NCBI GenBank assembly: GCA_048940645.1
Contig: JBHLOI010000006.1
Span: forward strand, 1 to 64,000
Direction of reading: 5' to 3'
Length of the DNA: 64,000 nucleotides
Source: Promethearchaeota archaeon
Lineage (GTDB): Archaea > Asgardarchaeota > Lokiarchaeia > Sigyniarchaeales > SOKP01
Below, piece after piece: positions 48,599-56,711 of the stretch (its first letter is position 1; the number at the start of each line of letters is the position of its first letter). A program made the position numbers and the translations under genes. Under the pieces are notes generated by a model, which saw only the letters and a list, made by a program, of their open reading frames with translations, searched no databases and was not told the origin of the DNA.

Positions 48599-49927
48599 AT
48601 TTTTGGAGGAAAAGGAAGAACCTTAATCCTATTTTCAGTGTTTTTTCTGACAGCTGGATTTGCATTTGTAAATTATTATTTGATCTATTTCGCCATTCTA
48701 TTATTATTTAGTACAATAATTAGTCTACCAGTTTTTTATTGGAAAATGAATGTAGAAGAATTACGTGTACATCGTGAGTTAGAGAAAGAAAAGGTCTTTA
48801 AAGATGATTTTGTTCATGTAAAAGTAGTGGTTGAAAATACTGGAAAAAGCAGTTTTGATTTTCTTGAGATTCGAGATTATTATAATCCCGAACTTTTTAG
48901 ATTAGTACTAGGAGAAAATTTTATTTCTACCCGTATTGGTCCCAAAGGTTTAATTAAATTCTCATATGTTCTTGAGCCAAAAGTTAGAGGAGAATATCCA
49001 TTGGGTCCACTCTCAATTACTGTAAAAGACAGACTTGGTTTTAATTCAGAAGAACGAATAGTTCCAGAGAGTGTTTCAGATATTTTAGTTTATCCCCCTT
49101 ATGAAGATATTAAAAAAATTGAAATTTTGGGATCTAAAAGATCTCTGCAATTAAACTATGGTTTACAAAGATCTAAGCAAAAAGGGCTCGGTTCAGAATT
49201 TTATGGGATGAGGAAGTATGTTTTTGGAGATCAATTCAGGCTAATAGACTGGAAAGCAAGTGCCCGTTCTCAACAATTAATTGTAAAAGAATATGAGAGT
49301 GAACGAGACATCACTGTCATGATCATTGTTGACTCGTCAAACTCTATGGCAGGAGGTGCTATTGAAAACACAAAATTTGAATATGCTATAAGAGCATGTA
49401 TGCTTTTAACAAAAGTTGCGCTAACACGTAGAGATAGCGTTGGAGTATTTGCATTTTCAGATAAAAAAAATGTGCACTTTTTAAAACCAGGAAAGGGAGA
49501 AGATCATTTCTATCAAGTATTAGATTTTGTGGCAAAAATTAAACCTGAAGGAAAAAATAGAATGGTCGAAGCAATGGATTATTTTATAAGACGTTTTCAA
49601 AAACGCAGTTTAATCTTCTTTATATCAGATTTAGAATCACCTATTAAAGAAATAAGTCAAGGTATAAGAAAATTGGTGCCATTCAACCACTCGATTATAA
49701 TTGTTAATCCTTTTAGTCCTTGGTTTGAGATTCATGAAATTGATTTATCTACAACCGATAAAGCTTTAGCAGAAGCCATAAGTGAAGAGATGATGGAACA
49801 TATACTGAAGATTAAGCAAGATATTCGAAATCTCGGAATTAACATTGTAACAGTAGGTCCTGATGATATGATGAACCAAGTATTAGGTAATTATATGGAG
49901 GCAAAGAAAAAAGGAAAGGCGTTTTAG
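48599..49927 (+). CDS. DUF58 (vWA-like) protein
   Basis: EFYGMRKYVFGD..R.IDWKASAR, IVDSSNSM and FISD; frame stays open upstream of GTG 48638 to a probable ATT start at 48599. Confidence 0.88.
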   Translation: MFGGKGRTLILFSVFFLTAGFAFVNYYLIYFAILLLFSTIISLPVFYWKMNVEELRVHRELEKEKVFKDDFVHVKVVVENTGKSSFDFLEIRDYYNPELFRLVLGENFISTRIGPKGLIKFSYVLEPKVRGEYPLGPLSITVKDRLGFNSEERIVPESVSDILVYPPYEDIKKIEILGSKRSLQLNYGLQRSKQKGLGSEFYGMRKYVFGDQFRLIDWKASARSQQLIVKEYESERDITVMIIVDSSNSMAGGAIENTKFEYAIRACMLLTKVALTRRDSVGVFAFSDKKNVHFLKPGKGEDHFYQVLDFVAKIKPEGKNRMVEAMDYFIRRFQKRSLIFFISDLESPIKEISQGIRKLVPFNHSIIIVNPFSPWFEIHEIDLSTTDKALAEAISEEMMEHILKIKQDIRNLGINIVTVGPDDMMNQVLGNYMEAKKKGKAF

Positions 49928-49929
49928 AT

Positions 49930-51378
49930 ATGGTGAGATATTATTTACAAATTTTAAAGATAATCAATGCTCTGATGTTTGTTTGGTTAATATTAGTTTT
50001 TCTCTCTATATTCAACTTTAATGAAGTTCTTTTTACATCTGGTGGTGAATTTGCTTTATTTTCGTTTATCGACAGTATTAAAAACATTTTTACGCTCATT
50101 ATTTTTGCAGGAGCATATATAATAGCAATAGGTTGTGCTTTCATCGCAACTTCCGTTTTTCTTCCATTTATTAATCGAGACTTCATGTTTAGCTTCATAG
50201 ATGGCTTTTTTAAAAATTTCTTAAATCTTTGGTTCACTTTCCCTAATGAAACTACACCAGATTTAAATCAAATTCCAGATTTGATTCTAAATGAAGTTTC
50301 AATCTTCTTTGGAGATTTTTATTTAATCCTTTTCCAATTACTATTTGTTATTTCAATTATTTATGCAATTAGAACACTTTTAAAAACAAATCCAAAACAT
50401 GACTTAATTGCTGTAGGAGCTTTAGTTCTAATGATTATAGTACCCTTAATTTTTTCTGGTTTTAATGAACTTTTAGATTTATTTCATGTTTCAATTGAAT
50501 ATCTGGAAGATTTACCAAATCCTTTAGACCCATCTTTAAATTCAATTCCAATAAATAATTTCTTTCTTTTTCTGGCAAGTCCAGTCATACTACTCGCAAT
50601 TATATCCTATATGTATATAGAATTAGCATTTCAAATTAATTATACAGAAACGGTTACAAGACCTTCATTAGAAAGAAGTAATAGACTAGAAATTCAGTTA
50701 GAAATTTTGAAGAGTGAATCCCATTATATTACTGCAAACGTAGAAAAAATTAAAGAGGAAGCCAAAGGTAGAATGGAAGAGCTGGAAATTGGAGAGAAAA
50801 CAACAATAAGTAAATTTTTTGCCAAAACAAGTGAAAAATTTTCATATATCAAAGAAATGATTGAAAAAAGGAAATTAGAGGAAGAAGAAAAAAAATTAGT
50901 GACTGCAGCATCTAAAACAAGACGACTGGGAAGATATGTCGAGAGACTTTATCGTGAAGATATTGAAGCTCAAGATACATTAACAGCGAGTTCATCTGCA
51001 CCTAGAGCACAAAGTTTGGCATTATCCACTTTTACAAATATTCTAATTCGTCTTGTTGTACTTATCATCATAAGTTTCATAATTATTCATCCAAAATGGT
51101 TCTTAGAAGATGTATTTAACTTACCCCCAGCAATCACAGAGAGTGTAGTAATGTATTCACCAGAAATTATATTACTCATATTATTACCAATAATGTTAAT
51201 TTTTCCAATTGTATCTAAAATTATTTCTTTTGTTAAACATAGGAATTTAATTATCAGATTACAGCAAGAGGGAAGAATCAAAGAAATTTTAGCCTCTGTT
51301 GGAGATTATGTAAAGAAAGAAGAAATAAAAGAAAAAGAAGCCAAAGAAGAAGTTAAAGCAGAGGAGGCAGTTACATAA
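49930..51378 (+). CDS. Polytopic membrane protein with cytoplasmic coiled-coil loop
   Basis: About 7 hydrophobic segments and a charged loop at aa 240-360; starts 2 nt after the DUF58 stop. Confidence 0.75.
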   Translation: MVRYYLQILKIINALMFVWLILVFLSIFNFNEVLFTSGGEFALFSFIDSIKNIFTLIIFAGAYIIAIGCAFIATSVFLPFINRDFMFSFIDGFFKNFLNLWFTFPNETTPDLNQIPDLILNEVSIFFGDFYLILFQLLFVISIIYAIRTLLKTNPKHDLIAVGALVLMIIVPLIFSGFNELLDLFHVSIEYLEDLPNPLDPSLNSIPINNFFLFLASPVILLAIISYMYIELAFQINYTETVTRPSLERSNRLEIQLEILKSESHYITANVEKIKEEAKGRMEELEIGEKTTISKFFAKTSEKFSYIKEMIEKRKLEEEEKKLVTAASKTRRLGRYVERLYREDIEAQDTLTASSSAPRAQSLALSTFTNILIRLVVLIIISFIIIHPKWFLEDVFNLPPAITESVVMYSPEIILLILLPIMLIFPIVSKIISFVKHRNLIIRLQQEGRIKEILASVGDYVKKEEIKEKEAKEEVKAEEAVT

Positions 51379-51384
51379 TCATAT

Positions 51385-52320
51385 TTAATCGTTAATATCA
51401 ATCATAAATTGAGCCAATTTCTTCTTTTTATCCAAATTTTCCATTATTGTATCAAAACAATAAGTTTTTATATCTAGTTCTTCTATTTTTGATTTTAAAT
51501 AACAATCCTTATCATCAATTATAAAATGACCTAAAATATCTTGATAATATTTTGCAACACCTATACATGAGACTTCTAAACCGAGGTATTTCATCAATTT
51601 ATCAGCTGGACCTTTAATTGTTTTGCCTTCTATTATTGGTGATATGGCAAATACTTTATCTTTCACTTTACTCAAGGTTTCTTTGATTCCTTTAACTTGA
51701 AGAATTGTCCCTATTGATACTATTGGATTTGATGGGCTTACTATTATTCTCCTTGCTTCTTTAATATATTTCAAAACAGATTTTACTGGTTTTGCCTCAT
51801 CAATTCCCTTAAATTGTATACCCTTAATTTCAGGTTCAGAATTATGCTTTATATAGTATTCTTCAAAATTTATTGATTCCGAACCTATGTTGATAATTGT
51901 CTGAACATCTTCATTACACATAGGGATAAGATGAGCTTTTATTCCTAATTTCTTACTAATCAATAAAGTAACTTCTGCCTTAGTAAATCCTTTTTTAAGT
52001 AAGTCTGTTCGAAAAAGATGGGTTGCTAAATCTTTATCACCAAGATTAAACCACTTAAATTGATAATATTTTTTTAAAATACTCAAACAATTAAATGTTT
52101 CATTAAAGTAACCCCATCCCTTTCCTCTATCTACTATATTTGCTAATGTGTAAGTAATAATATCAATATCTGGGCAAATTTTTAAACCGAATAAATCAAG
52201 ATCATCACCTGTATTTATTACTACTTTAAGCTCTTCTTGAGGAATTACATTTGACAGACCATCAATAAATTTTGCTGCACCAACCCCACCAGCTAGCACT
52301 AAATAGAAACGATCTTTCAT
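51385..52320 (-). CDS. cofD: 2-phospho-L-lactate/PEP transferase (F420 biosynthesis)
   Basis: LAGGVGAAKF, NTGDD, CPDID, WFNLGDKDLATH, SPSNPIVSI and KGPADK motifs. Confidence 0.95.
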   Translation of the reverse strand: MKDRFYLVLAGGVGAAKFIDGLSNVIPQEELKVVINTGDDLDLFGLKICPDIDIITYTLANIVDRGKGWGYFNETFNCLSILKKYYQFKWFNLGDKDLATHLFRTDLLKKGFTKAEVTLLISKKLGIKAHLIPMCNEDVQTIINIGSESINFEEYYIKHNSEPEIKGIQFKGIDEAKPVKSVLKYIKEARRIIVSPSNPIVSIGTILQVKGIKETLSKVKDKVFAISPIIEGKTIKGPADKLMKYLGLEVSCIGVAKYYQDILGHFIIDDKDCYLKSKIEELDIKTYCFDTIMENLDKKKKLAQFMIDIND

Positions 52321-52335
52321 CTTGACTATATTTTA

Positions 52336-53742
52336 CTATTTTAAATTATATATTATATCCTCTAATCTCTTTCTTTTTGGAACAGAGGGTGTTTTTTTTG
52401 AATATCCTGTGGTGAAAAAGGCAATTGGATAATAAGATTCTGGTAAATTTAACACTTCTTTCACAGTATGCTTAGCAAATAATGGAGCACAATACCAACA
52501 TGCCGCTAAACCTTTGGATTCAAGAGCTAACAATAAATATGTCGCTGATGCGCTAACACTTTGAATCTGCATAAAAAACTCATTTTGATTACGATCAGGA
52601 TCAGGATATTTTTCAAAATTAGGCTTATCTAAACAGAGTAAAATTAAGTAGGGAGCGTTCAAGAACTGATTTTTTGTTCTTTCAATTTTACTTTTTATGA
52701 AAGTATTTGATTTGCCATCATTCAATAAATCTCTACGTAATTTTTCATTCATTTTAGTAATTAGAGCTATGCGAAGCTTGGATTTTTCCAAAATAATATA
52801 CCGCCAAAACTGTCCATTATGAGCACTTGGAGCCCAACGAGCTATATCAATGCATTCTTCGATCAAATTTTTATCAACATCTTCCGAACTAAATTCTAAC
52901 TTATAACTTCTTCTTGATTTTAAAAGTTCAACCAAATATCCTTCTGAAGCTTTTTCTCTAAATAAGTCCAGATTTTTATCTCTTAAAATTGCTGAAATAG
53001 ATGTTTTTTCCACAAAATCAAATTCATAATTCCTAATTATTACAACAGGTAAACCTTCATCAGCTTCTCCCATAACTAATTGAGCTGCTGATGCCAAATT
53101 ATCAACCTGCCCTATAATTGTGCTTTGTAACTCATATCCAAATAAATCTTTTTCACCCTTTTTATCTAAAATTGGTTTAATTCCAGAAATTCCTAATGCT
53201 ACTCCTATTGCTCCAACCCTGAAAGGACGTCCAAAAGAATCAGAAATAATTATAGCTAAATCTTTACCAGTTAATTTCTTTAGAGAAGAGCGTATCTTAT
53301 TTGCTTCTTCATCAGGATTTTCTGGTAATAAGCTTATATTATTCTCTCCCTCAATATTGGATTTATCAATACCTGCATTTGCACAAACAAATCCGTGTTT
53401 AGTTTCAACTATTAAAACATGCTCAGTTTTTAATATGGCTTCTGATTCATCTAAAATTGCTTGAATAAGTTCAGGGCTTTTTATCGGTATATGGACTTTT
53501 TTTCCTTTTGGAGTTATTCTATTGTAAATGTCAATTGCTTTTTTACTTGGAATAATTTTTTTTAAATCTCTAATTCTTCCATTGCTCTTTGAGATAATAG
53601 TTTGAGCTATGACAAGAATATCTCCATTTTGTAATGAAATATTATTTTCATTTAATTTTTTAAAAATTATTTGGGCAATATTATCTCCCACTTTTATAAG
53701 AGGAAAATTCTTTAATCCTATTAACTCGATTTTTTTATTCAT
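52336..53742 (-). CDS. cofE: F420-0:gamma-glutamyl ligase fused to an FMN nitroreductase domain (FbiB architecture)
   Basis: GFVCANAGIDKSN, DSFGRPFR and MGEADEG, then SRRSY..F, WAPSAHNGQFWRY and GLAACW. Confidence 0.93.
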   Translation of the reverse strand: MNKKIELIGLKNFPLIKVGDNIAQIIFKKLNENNISLQNGDILVIAQTIISKSNGRIRDLKKIIPSKKAIDIYNRITPKGKKVHIPIKSPELIQAILDESEAILKTEHVLIVETKHGFVCANAGIDKSNIEGENNISLLPENPDEEANKIRSSLKKLTGKDLAIIISDSFGRPFRVGAIGVALGISGIKPILDKKGEKDLFGYELQSTIIGQVDNLASAAQLVMGEADEGLPVVIIRNYEFDFVEKTSISAILRDKNLDLFREKASEGYLVELLKSRRSYKLEFSSEDVDKNLIEECIDIARWAPSAHNGQFWRYIILEKSKLRIALITKMNEKLRRDLLNDGKSNTFIKSKIERTKNQFLNAPYLILLCLDKPNFEKYPDPDRNQNEFFMQIQSVSASATYLLLALESKGLAACWYCAPLFAKHTVKEVLNLPESYYPIAFFTTGYSKKTPSVPKRKRLEDIIYNLK

Positions 53743-54805
53743 GATAATAGTTAAATTCTTTATATTTTTTCAAATCAAATTCTTTACTTTTAGCATACTT
53801 TTCAAACTTTTCAGGTATTGCACAACAAGCAGAAAAAAATTTAAACTTCATATCGGGATATTTTTGCTTTAACCACTTTAAAGTTTCAATAGAAGGAATT
53901 TCTATTCTCGTTATTCCAGCCAAAATTGCAGATTTTTCGATTTGGGTTTTTATTATTCCTCTTGGTCTCATACACCCAAGAGAAATTTCTGTTTTAGGGA
54001 AAACAAACCTAATTATTGCAATTACTTTTGCTATATCAATTGGATTGAGTCTAATAAACTTAGTCTTAGATTCTTTAGGTGGGATTAATGCAATTAAAAC
54101 AATCAAAGAAGGATTCATTCCAGATTCTTTAAGAAATTTTATTGCCTCCAATTCTTTATGTATTTTCCCATAAAATAACCCAATACAAATATGAGGTACG
54201 ATATTTAAATTATACTTCTTTAGATACGCAATAGAATTTTTATAATCTTCAGGATCTTTACTTAAATGGTAAATCCTTTTGATTACTTCCTCATCCATAG
54301 TTACATCGAATGAGACAATATCTACTCTTGCTTCAGCTAACTTTTTAGCAGTTTCTTCATTTAATAACCCTGTATGTGTATTTATTATCAAATTTGTTTT
54401 ATCCTTTATTAACCTGATTGAATCCAGGAATTCTAATAAAGGAACAGAACCGTCTGGCTCACAGCCTCCTGATATTAGTGCACCAACTCCTCCGTTTTCG
54501 TAGTGATTGAATAAAAATCTCTCTAAATCATCTTTATTAAGGGCTTTTTCCATTCCTTTTAGATACTTCTTGTTACAATGCTCACATGCTAAAGCACAAT
54601 CGTCTCCAGTTACACTAATAGCTGGAAATCTCTTGTTTGGAATATATATCTTTATTTGGTTGCCAAAATTCTCATTTTTCAATTTTAAGGCAAGTTGTAA
54701 AAAATGATTTATATTATTCGTTTTTAAATCTATAAACTTTGAGTAATCAGACCAAGTGGGGTTTCCATTTTTAAATTTATCTAATAGATTTTTCGTTTTA
54801 CTCAT
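53735..54805 (-). CDS. lipS1: Radical SAM lipoyl synthase subunit LipS1-type
   Basis: CALACEHC (Cx3Cx2C), ISGGC, LGCMRP and C-terminal ACCA; adjacent to a lipoate ligase. Confidence 0.8.
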   Translation of the reverse strand: MSKTKNLLDKFKNGNPTWSDYSKFIDLKTNNINHFLQLALKLKNENFGNQIKIYIPNKRFPAISVTGDDCALACEHCNKKYLKGMEKALNKDDLERFLFNHYENGGVGALISGGCEPDGSVPLLEFLDSIRLIKDKTNLIINTHTGLLNEETAKKLAEARVDIVSFDVTMDEEVIKRIYHLSKDPEDYKNSIAYLKKYNLNIVPHICIGLFYGKIHKELEAIKFLKESGMNPSLIVLIALIPPKESKTKFIRLNPIDIAKVIAIIRFVFPKTEISLGCMRPRGIIKTQIEKSAILAGITRIEIPSIETLKWLKQKYPDMKFKFFSACCAIPEKFEKYAKSKEFDLKKYKEFNYYHE

Positions 54806-55577
54806 ATTTCTTTAACCAATTATCCTTAAAATATTTCTCCATCATTAATTTTCTTGCTAAATTTAACTCATTTTCAGTAAAGTTACCTTCTTCCAGTTTT
54901 ATTCCTAATGTGGATTCAAATCCCCTTTTCAAAGAAGATAATAAATCACTTTCGTTGTAATTTTGGAGTTGGTCCCTTATACCTACGCATTTAGAATAAA
55001 CAGATCTAACCATTTTTGATTTTGATACATTATGAGGAGCTTTTAATACAGAATACATTAATTCAGGATTAATTTCTAACAGAATAGTTCCATGTTGCAG
55101 GAGATAACCCTTCTTTCTTACTTGAGCATTACCAGAAAATTTTTTACCATTTAAAAATATCGCAGGGCAATGTATAATACCCTTTTCTGGTTTTAATCCA
55201 TAGTCAGTTAATCCGTTTACTATGCCTGTTTCAATTATTTCAAATTGCTCAATCACCTTTTTAGCATTAAGTTTTTCTAAGAATTTAAGTGAACAAATGA
55301 TTGAATAAGTAATTTCCCCAAACTCATCATGAAAAACAGCTCCACCTCCAGTGATTCTCCTAACGATATTGAAGCCATTTTCTTTCACAACATTCAAATT
55401 TACCTCTGCCGAAAGACTTTGATTTATACCTATTGAAACTGTTGATGGTTTCCATTTATAAAATCTAATCGTATAATATGAGTTTCTATTTATTACTGAC
55501 CTCAAAATTGCTTCATCTAAAGCCATATTCCAATAACCATTTTTAGTTTGCAATGGTATAAATCTCCATTTTTCCAT
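54798..55577 (-). CDS. Lipoate/octanoate-protein ligase (LplA/LipM catalytic domain)
   Basis: NMALDEA, RRITGGGAVFHD, GKKFSGNAQ and LLQHGTI motifs. Confidence 0.92.
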   Translation of the reverse strand: MEKWRFIPLQTKNGYWNMALDEAILRSVINRNSYYTIRFYKWKPSTVSIGINQSLSAEVNLNVVKENGFNIVRRITGGGAVFHDEFGEITYSIICSLKFLEKLNAKKVIEQFEIIETGIVNGLTDYGLKPEKGIIHCPAIFLNGKKFSGNAQVRKKGYLLQHGTILLEINPELMYSVLKAPHNVSKSKMVRSVYSKCVGIRDQLQNYNESDLLSSLKRGFESTLGIKLEEGNFTENELNLARKLMMEKYFKDNWLKKYE

Positions 55578-55583
55578 GATTCT

Positions 55584-56585
55584 TCACAATATAAATTTTA
55601 AAAGTGAATGATAAATCTCTTCTTGCTCTGTTATATTTAAGCCTCGAGGGTAATTATAAATTGGTCCAGAAGGTTTTGATGTATAATAAGGACGATTACA
55701 ACCAGGACATCCACTTGTCATAAAGGCATTAGAATTTTCAATTATATTTTTCAATTCCTTCTTATTTAAGTTAAATTTAATTATATCTCCTTTCGAATTA
55801 AAGGTAAAATCTTTCAATTCTTTATTCTCATTGATTATCAAATATCTCCCAAGTTGGATTTTCCTAAATATTACAATTTCAGGCTTTGAATTACTCTGAA
55901 GTATTGTTCCCTTTATAGGTGTAAAAGCAAAAAGGCTTACCTTGATTTTTAAATTATGTAATCTTTCAATCAGTTCTAAAACCTGTTGCGGAGTTTCTCC
56001 TAACCCGATTATTAGATGAGTGGTTACAAAACCTACTGAAAATATTTCTAATGCATCATTTAGGCTTTGAAGGTGCAAATTCCAATTATAGGGTCCACTT
56101 ACACCTTTTCCCTTTACTTTTTCAAAAATCTCTTCTGTAGAACCATCTAAAGCGATTCCAACTCTCTCAACGCCAATTAATTTCAAATCTCTTAGCTTGC
56201 TTTTTGGCATAGGAGGTATTGCAATCGAGAGAGGAATGTTTGAATTTTTCTTAATTTTAGTTATAATTTCTACTAAATCCTCAAAATTTTGATCATAATT
56301 TAGTGTTTGTATACAAATCCTCTTAAACTTTTTATGAGGAGGCATATAATTTAATTTTGTTAAAAATTCCTTAAATTCAAAAATTGGCCAAGTTATTCGT
56401 GATAAAAACTCTATAGAGCCTTCCGACTCTCTAGCTTGAGGGCAAAATCCACAATTTGCTGTACAACGCCCTTTAAGGTATGTCATAACGTAGCAAGTAG
56501 TTGGTTCGATATTAAATTTATTACTTTGAGATAATCCTAAAACTACAGCACTTCCAATTGAAACTCTAATTTTTTCAATAGTCAT
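55584..56585 (-). CDS. lipS2: Radical SAM lipoyl synthase subunit LipS2-type
   Basis: CTANCGFCPQAR, LSRITWP, HLIIGLGET and TSGCPGCNRPYY. Confidence 0.82.
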   Translation of the reverse strand: MTIEKIRVSIGSAVVLGLSQSNKFNIEPTTCYVMTYLKGRCTANCGFCPQARESEGSIEFLSRITWPIFEFKEFLTKLNYMPPHKKFKRICIQTLNYDQNFEDLVEIITKIKKNSNIPLSIAIPPMPKSKLRDLKLIGVERVGIALDGSTEEIFEKVKGKGVSGPYNWNLHLQSLNDALEIFSVGFVTTHLIIGLGETPQQVLELIERLHNLKIKVSLFAFTPIKGTILQSNSKPEIVIFRKIQLGRYLIINENKELKDFTFNSKGDIIKFNLNKKELKNIIENSNAFMTSGCPGCNRPYYTSKPSGPIYNYPRGLNITEQEEIYHSLLKFIL

Positions 56586-56711
56586 TAAGCTTTCTCCAGT
56601 TTATAATTATGTTAATTTACAATAAATTTAATCTCTATTTCAAAAAAAATTTAATGAATAAATTATTCAAAATAATATTTAGCAATTTTAAATTAAATAT
56701 GGTTCATTTCT

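Noticed and set aside
53735-56585. The two radical SAM genes as biotin synthase or as the missing GRE activase
   Set aside because: GCMR/CC and TSGCPGCNRP motifs plus the intervening lipoate ligase fit LipS1/LipS2 instead.
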